Shown: one piece after another, positions 45,735 to 58,086 of the stretch | Layout of the letters: each line of letters starts with the position of its first letter | Numbering within the stretch: position 1 is the first letter of the stretch | DNA from: Bacillota bacterium | GTDB taxonomy: Bacteria > Bacillota > Clostridia > Christensenellales > CAG-138 | DNA: 64,000 bases | Reading direction: 5' to 3' | Assembly (NCBI GenBank): GCA_016286445.1 | Contig: JAEESS010000003.1 | Coordinates: forward strand, 23,990 to 87,989 | Program-made: the position numbers and the translations under genes | Notes under the pieces: generated by a model | Seen by the model: the letters and a program-made list of their open reading frames with translations, nothing else | Told to the model about the DNA's origin: nothing | The model's database searches: none

Positions 45735-47555
45735 ATGAATATTCGCAATGTTGCGATCATCGCACACGTCGACCACGGCAAGACGACGCTGGTCGATCAG
45801 CTTTTGAAGGACGCGGGCGCGCTGCGGCGCAGCGAGCAGGGGACCGAGCGCATCATGGACAGCGGCGACCTCGAGCGCGAGCGCGGCATCACGATCCTGT
45901 CCAAAAACACCGCGGTCACCTACGGCGACACGCGCATCAATATCGTCGACACGCCGGGTCACGCGGACTTCGGCGGCGAGGTCGAGCGCATTCTGCAGAT
46001 GGTCGACGGCGTTCTGCTGCTGATCGACGCGTTCGAGGGCTGCATGCCGCAGACGCGGTTCGTGCTCCGTAAGGCGCTGGAGCTCAACAAAAAGGCGGTC
46101 GTCGTCGTGAACAAGGTCGACCGTCCCGAAGCGCGTCCCTATGAGGTCGTGGACGAAGCGCTGGAGCTTTTCATCGAGCTCGGCGCAACGGATGAGCAGC
46201 TCGACTTTCCGATCGTTTACGCGTCCGCGCGCAACAACATGTCGGGCTATGAGCCGGACCAGATGGAGAACAACATGCAGGCGGTCTTTGATACGATCCT
46301 CAAGGAGATCCCGTCTCCCGCGACGGATACCGACGCGCCGCTGCAGATCCTGTTCTCGACGATCGACTATGACGATTATGTGGGCAAGATCGGCATCGGC
46401 AGAATCGAGCGCGGCGTGGCGAAGCGCGGTCAGATCATTACGCTGTGCGGCGGACAGGAGAACCGCCGCCGCGACACGAAGATCACGCGGCTCTATAACT
46501 TCGAGGGGCTGCAGCGCGTCGAGGTCGAGGAAGCGTACGCGGGCGACATCGTCTGCGTCGCGGGCGTGGAGGATCTGAACGTCGGCGAGACCGCATGCGA
46601 TCCCGCCTGCGTCGAGCCCATGCCGTTTGTCAAGATCGACGAACCGACCGTTTCGATGATGTTTCTCGTCAACGACAGTCCGTTTGCGGGCAAGGAGGGC
46701 AAGTATGTCACGAGCCGCAACCTGCGCGACCGACTGTTCAACGAGGTCAAGACGAACGTATCCATGCGCGTCGAGGAGACCGAATCCACCGATACGTTCC
46801 GCGTGAGCGGCAGAGGCGAGCTGCATCTTTCGATCCTGATCGAGCAGATGCGCCGCCAGGGATACGAGTTTGCGGTATCGCGTCCGAAAGTCATTCTGCA
46901 CAAGGATGAGAACGGCGTCGTGACCGAGCCGATCGAGGAGCTGACCATCGACGTGCCGCAGGAATACGTCGGCGCGGTCATGGAAAAGCTCGGCATGCGC
47001 AAGGCGGAGATGACCGACATGACGACGCTCGGCGACACCGGCACGCGTCTGAAGTTTTTGATCCCGGCGCGCGGACTGATGGGATATCGTTCCGAGCTCA
47101 TGACCGACACGCGCGGCAACGGCGTCATGAACCACATATTCTACGGCTACGAGCCCTATAAGGGCGACATTGCCGAGCGCAAGACGGGAAGCCTTGTGGC
47201 GCACGAAACGGGCGATTCCTGCTCCTACGGACTGTTCTATGCGCAGGATCGCGGCAGGATGTTCATCGGAGCGGGCGTTCCGGTGTACGAGGGCGAGATC
47301 GTGGGCGAATGCGCGCGCGCGGACGACATCGTTGTCAACGTCTGCAAGAAGAAGCACGTCACCAACATGCGCGCGGCGGGCAGCGACGAAGCGCTGCGGC
47401 TCACGCCGCCGACGATCTTCACGCTCGAACAGTGCCTGGAGTTCATCGCGGACGACGAGCTTGTCGAGATCACGCCGAAGAGCATCCGCATGCGCAAGCG
47501 CATCCTCAGTAAGGAACAGCGCATGAAGCTTGCTGCAAGGATGATGAAGGAGTAA
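45735..47555 (+). CDS. typA: Translational GTPase TypA/BipA
   Basis: GAGGAG precedes the ATG at 45735. The motifs AHVDHGKTT, DTPGHADF and NKVD are present and the domain order is EF-G-like, giving 606 aa. Confidence 0.92.
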   Translation: MNIRNVAIIAHVDHGKTTLVDQLLKDAGALRRSEQGTERIMDSGDLERERGITILSKNTAVTYGDTRINIVDTPGHADFGGEVERILQMVDGVLLLIDAFEGCMPQTRFVLRKALELNKKAVVVVNKVDRPEARPYEVVDEALELFIELGATDEQLDFPIVYASARNNMSGYEPDQMENNMQAVFDTILKEIPSPATDTDAPLQILFSTIDYDDYVGKIGIGRIERGVAKRGQIITLCGGQENRRRDTKITRLYNFEGLQRVEVEEAYAGDIVCVAGVEDLNVGETACDPACVEPMPFVKIDEPTVSMMFLVNDSPFAGKEGKYVTSRNLRDRLFNEVKTNVSMRVEETESTDTFRVSGRGELHLSILIEQMRRQGYEFAVSRPKVILHKDENGVVTEPIEELTIDVPQEYVGAVMEKLGMRKAEMTDMTTLGDTGTRLKFLIPARGLMGYRSELMTDTRGNGVMNHIFYGYEPYKGDIAERKTGSLVAHETGDSCSYGLFYAQDRGRMFIGAGVPVYEGEIVGECARADDIVVNVCKKKHVTNMRAAGSDEALRLTPPTIFTLEQCLEFIADDELVEITPKSIRMRKRILSKEQRMKLAARMMKE

Positions 47556-47662
47556 GATTGTTGCGCCTCGCCAGGGGCATATCGCGCCGCAGGGAAACTG
47601 CTTTTGAACGATTTGCCCTAACGCGGCACAAATTGCGGCTGTCGCCGCACGAAAGGAGCCAT

Positions 47663-48133
47663 ATGATCCGCAGAGCAGAACCGAAGGACGCACCGCGCAT
47701 TTCCGCGCTTCTCAGGCAGGTGCTTGAAGTGCACGCCGCCGTGCGTCCCGATATGTACCGGAGCGGTACGCAGAAGTATTCCGAAGCGGATGTATTGAAG
47801 CTCCTTGCCGATCCGAACTGCGTGCTGTTTGTGGAAACGGATGAAACCGACCACACGGTCGGCTACGCGATCTGCTTTGTGCACGAGATCCGGGACGACG
47901 GGATCATCGTGGGACGCAGAGAGCTGTATATCGATGATCTGTGCGTGGACGAATGCGAACGCCGGTCCGGCGTGGGACAGCGGCTTTTCGGGCACGTCAA
48001 GGCGTACGCGAAGGAAAACGGCTTCGACTGGATCACGCTGAACGTCTGGAACGACAACGTCAATGCGCTCGCGTTCTACCGGAAGATGGGACTGACGGAG
48101 CGCAAAACGATCCTCGAATACAGGATCGACTGA
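47663..48133 (+). CDS. GNAT-family N-acetyltransferase
   Basis: AAGGAG precedes the ATG at 47663. The acetyl-CoA motif RRSGVGQRLF is present, giving 156 aa. Confidence 0.75.
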   Translation: MIRRAEPKDAPRISALLRQVLEVHAAVRPDMYRSGTQKYSEADVLKLLADPNCVLFVETDETDHTVGYAICFVHEIRDDGIIVGRRELYIDDLCVDECERRSGVGQRLFGHVKAYAKENGFDWITLNVWNDNVNALAFYRKMGLTERKTILEYRID

Positions 48134-48139
48134 ACGCAG

Positions 48140-49096
48140 ATGAAGAAGAAAAAGGAGATCACGCTCTTTTTGGCGGCTGTCGTCAGCCATGTGTTCTGGG
48201 GATTCAGCTTTCTCGGCACGAAGTCCGCGCTGGGCGTGGTGAACAACGACCTGTATCTGCTGCTTGCGCACCGGTTTCTGATCGCGTTTGTCGTTATGAA
48301 CCTGCTGCTTCTTGTGCGCGTCGTCAAAATTGATTTCCGCGGCAAATGGAAGCGGATCTGGCTTCCGATGTTCATGGGACTGATGGAACCGGTCGTGTAT
48401 TTCATCGGCGAGGAGCTCGGCGTGATCCATTCGACGACGATCTTTTCGGGCGTGATGATCGCGGTCATTCCGATCGTGGCGATCTTTGCGGCGATCCCGT
48501 TCCTGCACGAAAAGCCGATGCCCGGGCAGATCCTGTTCAGCTTTCTGTCGGTCGGCGGCGTGATCGGCATCGGGCTGCTGACGCATTCGAGCGGCAAGCT
48601 CGATTGGATCGGCGTGGTCGGGCTGGTCATTGCGGTGCTGTCCGCGGCGGCATACGGCATTTTAGACCGCGGACTGTCCGCGGAGTTTACGGCGTTTGAG
48701 CGGACGTACCTCATGATCGGCATGGGCGCGGTGTGCTTTACGCCGATCGCGCTCGTGCGGACCCGCTTTGACTTCGCCGCGTTCTTTGCACCGATGGGGG
48801 AGATGCGGTTTTTGCTGCCGGTGCTGTTCCTGTCGGTCTGCTGCTCGGTCGTGAGCTACTTTTTGCTGTCGTATATGGCGACGTATATGACGGTGACGCG
48901 CTCGACCGTCTACGCAAATCTGACGACCGCGGTCTCCGTGATCGCGGGCGCGCTGATCCTCAAGGAGCCGTTCACCTGGCTTTCCGCCGTGTTCTGCGTT
49001 GTGATCCTTGTCGGGATCTACGGCGTGCAGAAATTTGCGAGAAAAGGCGAACCGGAGACCATAGAAAAACCAATCCATTCAAGAGAAGGAGAGTAA
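48140..49096 (+). CDS. DMT-superfamily (EamA-like) transporter
   Basis: It has ten hydrophobic segments arranged as two EamA-like halves. Confidence 0.7.
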   Translation: MKKKKEITLFLAAVVSHVFWGFSFLGTKSALGVVNNDLYLLLAHRFLIAFVVMNLLLLVRVVKIDFRGKWKRIWLPMFMGLMEPVVYFIGEELGVIHSTTIFSGVMIAVIPIVAIFAAIPFLHEKPMPGQILFSFLSVGGVIGIGLLTHSSGKLDWIGVVGLVIAVLSAAAYGILDRGLSAEFTAFERTYLMIGMGAVCFTPIALVRTRFDFAAFFAPMGEMRFLLPVLFLSVCCSVVSYFLLSYMATYMTVTRSTVYANLTTAVSVIAGALILKEPFTWLSAVFCVVILVGIYGVQKFARKGEPETIEKPIHSREGE

Positions 49097-49097
49097 G

Positions 49098-49934
49098 ATG
49101 AGAAAAGACGGAAGACGCGTCAAGACCGCGCAGCCGATGTACCAGGTCGCGGCGCACATCATGGATCAGCGCTGCGATTCCATGAACATGATGGAGGTCG
49201 ATATCCCGGTCGCGCCGATGCAGGCATACCTCAACAAAAAGCGCGCGGAGGGCAAGGAGTATTCGCATCTCGGGCTGGTGCTTTCGGCATATGTCCGCAC
49301 GGTTGCGGAGTATCCGATCATCAACCGCTTTGTCGTGAACAAGACGATCTACGCGCGAAACGAGATCGCGGTCGGCATGGTGGTCCTGAAGCCCGGCGAA
49401 ACCGAGGGCACGATGAACAAGATGCACTTCAAGCCGGAGTTTACGATCGACGATGTGCATCAGACGCTGGATCAATATGTGCAGGAAAACCGCGGGCAGG
49501 GCGACACCAATTCGACCGACGATCTCATCCGCAAGCTTCTGAAGATCCCGGGATTGTGCCGCTTCGGCGTATGCGTGTTCAAGGCGATGGATAAGTTCGG
49601 TCTGCTGCCGAAGAGCATCATCGACGCGAGCCCGTTCCACTGCTCAATGACGATCACGAACCTTGCGAGCATCCGAACGAACGCGATCTATCATCATGTC
49701 TACAACTTTGGCACGACGACGATGATCATGGCGATGGGCATCCCGCACGAGGTCCCGCAGCGGAGAAAGGGCGAGATCGTGTTCGAGAAGTGCATTCCGG
49801 TCGGCATCGTGATGGACGAGCGCGTCTGTTCCGGCTCGCAGTACGTCGTGGCAAGCCGCAAGCTGTTCAATTATCTGAAGCATCCGGAGCTCCTCGAAGT
49901 TCCGCCCGAAACGATCGTCGAGGATCTGCCGTAA
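49098..49934 (+). CDS. Stand-alone 2-oxoacid dehydrogenase E2-type acyltransferase catalytic-domain-like protein
   Basis: It has a CAT-like fold and no lipoyl domain. The segment GIVMDERVCSGSQYV aligns by eye with the E2 active-site block DHRxxDG, with Glu in place of the catalytic His. Confidence 0.45.
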   Translation: MRKDGRRVKTAQPMYQVAAHIMDQRCDSMNMMEVDIPVAPMQAYLNKKRAEGKEYSHLGLVLSAYVRTVAEYPIINRFVVNKTIYARNEIAVGMVVLKPGETEGTMNKMHFKPEFTIDDVHQTLDQYVQENRGQGDTNSTDDLIRKLLKIPGLCRFGVCVFKAMDKFGLLPKSIIDASPFHCSMTITNLASIRTNAIYHHVYNFGTTTMIMAMGIPHEVPQRRKGEIVFEKCIPVGIVMDERVCSGSQYVVASRKLFNYLKHPELLEVPPETIVEDLP

Positions 49935-49994
49935 GCTAGTGATAATTATAATAGGCTCTTTCCGTTGGGAATGAAATATACCAAGGGGATGTTT

Positions 49995-50030
49995 GGAAGG
50001 CTCTACGCGAGAGGCCTTCCATATTTATAT
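49995..50030 (+). terminator. Terminator-like hairpin at the left edge of the AT-rich island
   Basis: GGAAGGCTCT (49995-50004) pairs with AGAGGCCTTCC (50010-50020) with one bulge, followed by ATATTTATATT. Confidence 0.55.
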
Positions 50031-50055
50031 TGGGAGAGAAAGTACATAATACAGC

Positions 50056-50084
50056 TTGAAATAAGAATGTGTATTGAGTATAAT
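50056..50084 (+). promoter_or_regulatory. Near-consensus sigma-A promoter of the island gene
   Basis: TTGAAA (50056-50061), exactly 17 nt of spacer, and TATAAT (50079-50084). The TTG start at 50074 used by the ORF track lies inside this promoter. Confidence 0.6.
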
Positions 50085-50121
50085 CGAACTATCAAGTATT
50101 TCGTACAATAGACATGGGGGG

Positions 50122-51774
50122 ATGATGATGCTTCGTTTCAAGATTGATTATCTGGGAAAAGAGTTTATGATACCGCTTGAAGTAACCGAATTTGTACAAT
50201 ATAGCAATAAATATATGCCATTCCACTTAATGATGCTTGAACCGCTGAGAGCCTATCTTAACTCAAAGGAAAAGGGTTTTGACGTTATAGATTGGAGAAC
50301 CGTATTCACACCAATTATCCAAGAGATTATTCAAAGATTATCTGAGCACAGCATTTATAATATTACAGTTTCAGATTTTATTGAAAATAATATCCGCTTT
50401 ACTCGTTTACTAGAAATCAATAATGAATGCGAAGAACAGGCAAGGAGTATTTTACGTAAAGCCTATGATAATTATATGAGTCAATTTCAAGATGCATACT
50501 CTAGGGCAACCTCAAGGGTAACAGGGACAGGCACAAGCGTGTATACCAGCGATCCTTTGGCTTATTTGGTTTTCGCAAATAGAGAAAGCAATGAAATCAA
50601 TAGACAGATAATACAAGCAAAGATTGAATACAATAATGCAATTGAAAGGCTAAACAAGGATAATAGCAATTGGCTTGATTCACAAATGTCGGAACTAAGA
50701 TTAAAAAGGTATTGGCCTGCCTGTATGAAAGCCGTTGATGATTTCTCCAAGCAGGTTTTCAAAACAATAATCGAATCTTTAAATGGCGCCGGAGTATTTA
50801 ATTACAACGCAATTTGTCATTATAATATAGATAGATCTACTGAGATCCTTAATAATATTGATCTTGTGAGCGATAAGAAACGCGTCGTTTTGGAAGCATT
50901 TAGCATTTGTCCTTTTAACGAAATGGTTTTTGCAAAAGCGTTAGAAATAGGACTTATTGATAATCATTTTATTGAGACGATGGAAACTATTGGATTCAAA
51001 GTATCAAAAGAGGAGATGATTAGCGCCTGCAAGAGAATGGGCACGACAGATAATATTAAATCGGTGATAGAATCCATAGCCAATAGATTTGATATAGAAA
51101 TACAAGATCTGACTTACGAGGTTCTTTCTGAGAGAGCACAACAAATAAAAGATAGTTATTTAGAAATAGACAGCCTTTGTTATGACGATAAAGAACTGAA
51201 TGCATGGATAAGTAATCACATTTCAGCAAATGGAAAGCTCTTTGCGGAAACTGAATCAAACAGCATTCGTGAGGAGATCAAGCAATTTGTTCTTGAGAAG
51301 CTTCCCCTTGATGTATTGGATCAATTACTTGATAACGGAATTCAATTAGCAGAATTCGAGGGCTGTCAAATCAGCAACACAATACAGAAGAACACAGAGG
51401 AACGTATGTTCGATAGGCTAATTCTATACCAAGGGAAGGTAAAAAGTGTTGTTGATTCGTGCATGATAAAACTAGAAGAAATACAGAGCAAGATAACAGC
51501 ACGAAAGGACAGAATCCGAACCATTAGTAACGAAGAAAAGAATTATAACACACAAAAGGGAGAATTAGGATTGTTTGCTTTGTCTGAAAAAAGAGCGTTA
51601 GCTAAAAGAATACTGGACTTACAATATGAGCACGATGTTGTCACAAAGGAATTAGTACAGCTCTCTATAAAGAAGAAAGCATTAAGAAAGGAGATGGATT
51701 CGGTTCTTTCTTTGCCTACTCATATTGTTAAGAGTAAACAGAAAGAAGAGTTTGAAGTAAAGAAGTTTTATTAA
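50122..51774 (+). CDS. Hypothetical protein (550 aa), AT-rich orphan with no recognisable domain
   Basis: It is a long uninterrupted ORF in about 32% GC DNA. It starts with a triple ATG at 50122-50130 preceded by GGGGGG. I find no P-loop, nuclease, RT, TM or signal-peptide motif. It is Lys/Glu/Ile/Asn-rich with a likely coiled-coil C-terminus. Confidence 0.75.
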   Translation: MMMLRFKIDYLGKEFMIPLEVTEFVQYSNKYMPFHLMMLEPLRAYLNSKEKGFDVIDWRTVFTPIIQEIIQRLSEHSIYNITVSDFIENNIRFTRLLEINNECEEQARSILRKAYDNYMSQFQDAYSRATSRVTGTGTSVYTSDPLAYLVFANRESNEINRQIIQAKIEYNNAIERLNKDNSNWLDSQMSELRLKRYWPACMKAVDDFSKQVFKTIIESLNGAGVFNYNAICHYNIDRSTEILNNIDLVSDKKRVVLEAFSICPFNEMVFAKALEIGLIDNHFIETMETIGFKVSKEEMISACKRMGTTDNIKSVIESIANRFDIEIQDLTYEVLSERAQQIKDSYLEIDSLCYDDKELNAWISNHISANGKLFAETESNSIREEIKQFVLEKLPLDVLDQLLDNGIQLAEFEGCQISNTIQKNTEERMFDRLILYQGKVKSVVDSCMIKLEEIQSKITARKDRIRTISNEEKNYNTQKGELGLFALSEKRALAKRILDLQYEHDVVTKELVQLSIKKKALRKEMDSVLSLPTHIVKSKQKEEFEVKKFY

Positions 51775-51803
51775 AAGAGCTGTCGAACAAAGGGGAGAAC
51801 TGT

Positions 51804-51828
51804 AGCCCGCTTTTTGCGGGCTTTTTTG
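51804..51828 (+). terminator. Rho-independent terminator of the island gene
   Basis: AGCCCGC (51804-51810) pairs with GCGGGCT (51816-51822), followed by TTTTTT. Confidence 0.85.
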
Positions 51829-51908
51829 ATACCCGGAAAGCGAGCGGTCCGAACGGGATCTGCAATGTAAAGTATATGAAAAGATTCCCTTTTTCTTCTA
51901 TATTAATA

Positions 51909-51937
51909 TTTACAAAACGGGACGGATGTGCTATAAT
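51909..51937 (+). promoter_or_regulatory. Candidate recF promoter
   Basis: TTTACA (51909-51914), a 17-nt spacer, and an extended -10 TGcTATAAT (51929-51937). Confidence 0.6.
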
Positions 51938-51967
51938 CATATGGTAAATTCTGAGGGGAGTACGCCC

Positions 51968-53062
51968 ATGCGGATTAAGGGACTCGAACTGCATAGATTC
52001 CGGAATTATACGGACCTTTTGCTGTATCCGGAGCCGGGGCTCAACATCCTTTCGGGGCTCAATGCCGAGGGAAAAACCAACGTGTTGGAATCGATCTTTC
52101 TGTGCGCGCTGGGCAGAAGCCACCGGACCCCGCACGACGCCGAGCTTCTGATGGACGGGATGACGGACGGCAGCGTTGCGCTTTCTTTGGAAACGCGCGG
52201 CGGGTCGCGCTCGATCCGGATCGAACTTGTCCGCGGGGAACGCAAGCGCGTCTATCTGGACGAGGCGCCGCTCTCCCGCTCGGGCGAGCTCATGGGGTGT
52301 CTGAACGTCGTGATGTTCTCACCGGAGGATCTTGCGCTCGTCAAGGACGGTCCGCAGGAGCGGCGGCGGTTTCTCGATATGGAGTTAAGTCAGCTCAAGC
52401 CCTCGTACTACTACACGCTGCAGCAGTACAATCAGGCGCTGAAAAGCCGCAACCTTCTTTTGAAGGAGGATCCGGTGCCGTACGACATGATCGAGCTTTG
52501 GGACGAGCAGCTCAGCAAGCTCGGCGCGACGATCATGGAAAACCGCGCGGCGTTTATTGAGGAGCTTTCCCAAAATGCGCATACGCTGCACGCGAAGATG
52601 AGCGGCACGAAGGAGATCCTTGAAACGGTCTATGAGCCGACGATCCCGGTGCAGGATTACGACACGATGCGCGAAACGCTGACGGTGCAGCTCGGCGAAC
52701 GGCTCGAACGGGACGTTTTCCGCGGGTTCACCTCGGTCGGACCGCATCGGGACGATCTGGGGCTGCTGCTGAACGGCAGGGATCTTCGGATCTACGGTTC
52801 GCAGGGACAGCAGCGGACCGCGGCGCTTTCGCTGAAGCTTTCGGAGATCGACCTTGTCCGCAGGGTGCGCGGCGAACGTCCCGTGCTTCTGCTGGACGAC
52901 GTGTTTTCGGAGCTCGACGCGGAGCGGCAGGCAAGGCTTTTGGAGGTCGTTTCGGACTGTCAGACGTTTGTCACCTGCACGCATCTCGAAGAATTTGTGA
53001 AGGCGGGCGCCGTGCGCATGCAGGTGTACCGCGTATCCAACGGAAGGGTGGTGGAGGAATAA
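51968..53062 (+). CDS. recF: DNA replication and repair protein RecF
   Basis: GAGGGGAG precedes the ATG at 51968. Walker A GLNAEGKTNVLE, the signature region SQGQQRT and Walker B LLLDDV are present. Confidence 0.9.
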   Translation: MRIKGLELHRFRNYTDLLLYPEPGLNILSGLNAEGKTNVLESIFLCALGRSHRTPHDAELLMDGMTDGSVALSLETRGGSRSIRIELVRGERKRVYLDEAPLSRSGELMGCLNVVMFSPEDLALVKDGPQERRRFLDMELSQLKPSYYYTLQQYNQALKSRNLLLKEDPVPYDMIELWDEQLSKLGATIMENRAAFIEELSQNAHTLHAKMSGTKEILETVYEPTIPVQDYDTMRETLTVQLGERLERDVFRGFTSVGPHRDDLGLLLNGRDLRIYGSQGQQRTAALSLKLSEIDLVRRVRGERPVLLLDDVFSELDAERQARLLEVVSDCQTFVTCTHLEEFVKAGAVRMQVYRVSNGRVVEE

Positions 53063-53310
53063 TGCTTCTGCACATCGGAGAAAACCGCTTTGTGCCGACC
53101 AAGGATGTGATCGCGATCCAGCCGACGGAGCACGCTTCGGCGGAAACGGAACGCATCATCCGCGACTGCGTGGAGGCGGGGCATTATTATCCGTCCTACG
53201 GAAGACCGAAATCGTATGTGATCTGCTCGCGGGAAGGCACGACCTACGTTTATGCCGCCGCAACGGCGATCCAGACGCTCAAAGAGCGATTGAACGAAAC
53301 GAACATATAA
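53062..53310 (+). CDS. remB: DUF370 protein (RemB/YaaB-like)
   Basis: It is 82 aa and begins MLLHIGENRFVPTKDVIAIQP. Its start overlaps the recF stop (TAATG). It sits in the canonical slot between recF and gyrB. Confidence 0.7.
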   Translation: MLLHIGENRFVPTKDVIAIQPTEHASAETERIIRDCVEAGHYYPSYGRPKSYVICSREGTTYVYAAATAIQTLKERLNETNI

Positions 53311-53585
53311 GGGCGGATCGCGTCCGTCTGCGGGGACGGCCAATCCCGGCATCCCGCGAAAAGCAAAGAACGGGAAGGTGTGACCTTCCCATACCGGGGA
53401 ATAGAGAAAGACGAAAGTGCGTTGTAAACGCACGCACGAAAGATGCAAGGGAAGAACGGAATGAAAATCCGTAAAACCCGGTGACATGCGCGGCGGGTTT
53501 TACACCTTGCAGGATCGCCGCCCGGTCGCACGAAGTGCGATAGGCGGTACTGTAAATTTCGGTCTGTTGAAATCCTTTTCAATAG

Positions 53586-55553
<1,968 letters not shown>

Positions 55554-55565
55554 TGAGGTAAGCAT

Positions 55566-58085
55566 ATGAGCGAAACGACAACCACAACCATTCACGGTCG
55601 CATCCAGCCGATCAATCTGGAACGCGAGATGCAGAAGAGCTTCATCGCCTACGCGATGTCGGTCATCACGAGCCGCGCGCTCCCCGACGTGCGCGACGGC
55701 ATGAAGCCGGTGCACCGCCGCATCATGCACTCAATGGAAGAGCTCGGCGTCACGCCCGACAAGCCCACCCGTAAGAGCGCGCGTATCGTCGGCGACTGCA
55801 TGGGTAAATACCATCCGCACGGCGACGCATCCGTGTACGACGCAATGGTGCGTTTGGCGCAGGACTTCAATACCCGCTATCCGCTCGTCGAGGGGCAGGG
55901 CAACTTCGGCTCCGCCGACGGCGACGGCGCGGCGGCGATGCGTTACACCGAAGCGCGTCTTTCTAAGATGGCAATGGAAATGATGCGCGACATCGACAAA
56001 GACACGGTCGATTTCCAGCCGAACTTCGACGGCACGCAGCAGGAGCCTACCGTGCTGCCCGCGCGGTTCCCGAACCTTTTGGTCAACGGATCAAACGGCA
56101 TCGCGGTCGGTATGGCGACGAACATGCCGCCGCACAACCTCGGCGAAACGATCGACGGTCTCGTCGCGCTGATCGACAATCCGGAGATCACGGTCGACGA
56201 GCTGATGCAGTACATCCCCGGTCCGGACTTCCCGACCGGCGCAACGATCCTCGGAAGGAGCGGCATTGCGCAGGCGTACCGCACCGGCAGAGGCAAGCTG
56301 ATCGTCCGCGCAAAGACCGAGATCGAACAGCTTTCCCAGAACCGCAGCCGCATCATCGTGACCGAGATCCCGTATCAGGTCAACAAGGCGCGGCTTGTCG
56401 AGAGCATTGCGGATCTCGTGCACGAAAAGAAGATCGAGGGCATCTCGGACCTTCGCGACGAAACGGACCGCAACGGCACGCACATCGTCATCGAGCTCAA
56501 GAAGGACGTCAACGCGAACGTCGTTCTGAACAATCTTTATAAGCATACGCAACTGCAGGATACGTTCGGTGTCATCAACCTCGCGCTGGTCGACGGTGAA
56601 CCGAAGATCCTGAATCTCAAGGAGATCCTGTATTATTACCTGCTCCATCAGAAGGACGTCGTTACGCGCCGCACGCGCTTCGATCTGAACCGTGCGGAGG
56701 AGCGTCTGCACATCTTGGACGGCCTTCTGCGCGCGCTCGATGTGATCGACGAGATCATCGCGCTCATCAAGGCTTCGCCGAACGGACAGGCGGCAAAGGA
56801 CGGCTTGTGCACCAAGTTCGGCTTCTCCGAGCGGCAGGCGCAGGCGATCCTCGACATGCGTCTGCAGCGTCTCACCGGTCTCGAACGCGAGCGGCTTCTG
56901 GAAGAGGACAGACAGCTTCGCGAGCGCGTTGCATATTTACGCACGATCCTCAGCGACGAGCATAAGCTTCTCGAAGTCGTCAAGGAGGAAGCGCTCGACG
57001 TCAAGGCGCGTCTTGCGGACCCGCGCCGCACAGAGATCACGCAGGCGCTGGACGACATCGACCTCGACGACATCATCCAGGAAGAAGAGATGGCGGTCAC
57101 GATGACGCACTTCGGCTACATCAAGCGTACCCCGTCCGAGACCTTCCGCGCGCAGAACCGCGGCGGCAAGGGCGTCAAGGGACAGGCGACAAAGGATGAG
57201 GATTATGTCGAGCGTGTGCTGGTTTCGAGCACGCATGCGCCGATCATGTTCTTCACAAACTTTGGCCGCGTGTTCCGGATCAAGTGCTACGCGATCCCGG
57301 AAGCGAGCCGCACCTCGAAAGGCATCCCGGTGGTGAACCTTCTGCAGCTTCGCACCGGCGAAAAGGTCACGGCAATGTTCATCGTCCCGCGAGAAGTCGA
57401 GGAGACGGGCTATCTCGTCACCGCAACGCGCGACGGGCTCATCAAGAAAACGCGTATCTCGGAATGCATGAATATTCGCAAGGGCGGTCTTGTGCTGCAG
57501 ACCGTGCGCGAGGGCGACGAGCTGATCTCCGTGGAGATGAGCAGCGGCGAGCATGAGTTCATCATCGCGTCGAGAAACGGTAAGTGCATCCGCTTCCGTG
57601 AAAGCGACGTCCGCGCCACCGGCAGAGGCGGCATGGGCGTACGTTCGATCAAGCTGGACGAAGGCGACGTTGTAATGGATATGATCCTGGTACAGCCCGG
57701 CGGGCTTGTGCTGACCGTCACCGAAAAGGGTCTCGGCAAGCGTACCGAGGAGAGCCAGTTCACGGTCCAGGGCCGCGGCGGCAAGGGCATCCTTGCCATG
57801 AAGGCGACCGAAAAGACCGGCGGACTTGCCTGTCTCAGAATGACGACCGAGGACGAGGACCTGCTGCTGGTCCGCGACGACGGCGTGATCATGCGGATGC
57901 CGGTCGATCAGATCTCGATCATCGGCAGGAACACGCAGGGCGTGCGTCTGATGTCGCTCGACGGCGATACGAAGATCGCAAGCGTCGCGCTTCTGCCGCA
58001 TCAGGAGATCCTTCCGGAAGAGGAAGAGGGTGAAACGCCCGCCGCGCCGGAGGCGGCTTCCGAACCGCCCGAGGGAGAAGTATAA
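55566..58085 (+). CDS. gyrA: DNA gyrase subunit A
   Basis: The active-site region [10 protein letters not shown] and the QRDR-like [17 protein letters not shown] are present. A C-terminal beta-pinwheel and an acidic tail follow. Confidence 0.95.
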   Translation: MSETTTTTIHGRIQPINLEREMQKSFIAYAMSVITSRALPDVRDGMKPVHRRIMHSMEELGVTPDKPTRKSARIVGDCMGKYHPHGDASVYDAMVRLAQDFNTRYPLVEGQGNFGSADGDGAAAMRYTEARLSKMAMEMMRDIDKDTVDFQPNFDGTQQEPTVLPARFPNLLVNGSNGIAVGMATNMPPHNLGETIDGLVALIDNPEITVDELMQYIPGPDFPTGATILGRSGIAQAYRTGRGKLIVRAKTEIEQLSQNRSRIIVTEIPYQVNKARLVESIADLVHEKKIEGISDLRDETDRNGTHIVIELKKDVNANVVLNNLYKHTQLQDTFGVINLALVDGEPKILNLKEILYYYLLHQKDVVTRRTRFDLNRAEERLHILDGLLRALDVIDEIIALIKASPNGQAAKDGLCTKFGFSERQAQAILDMRLQRLTGLERERLLEEDRQLRERVAYLRTILSDEHKLLEVVKEEALDVKARLADPRRTEITQALDDIDLDDIIQEEEMAVTMTHFGYIKRTPSETFRAQNRGGKGVKGQATKDEDYVERVLVSSTHAPIMFFTNFGRVFRIKCYAIPEASRTSKGIPVVNLLQLRTGEKVTAMFIVPREVEETGYLVTATRDGLIKKTRISECMNIRKGGLVLQTVREGDELISVEMSSGEHEFIIASRNGKCIRFRESDVRATGRGGMGVRSIKLDEGDVVMDMILVQPGGLVLTVTEKGLGKRTEESQFTVQGRGGKGILAMKATEKTGGLACLRMTTEDEDLLLVRDDGVIMRMPVDQISIIGRNTQGVRLMSLDGDTKIASVALLPHQEILPEEEEGETPAAPEAASEPPEGEV

Positions 58086-58086
58086 T

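Noticed and set aside
49935-51967. The AT-rich island as a prophage remnant, IS element or integrative element.
   Set aside because: I recognised no integrase, transposase, terminal inverted repeats, flanking direct repeats or tRNA attachment site. Only one gene is present. It is reported as an orphan island of unknown origin rather than as a mobile element.
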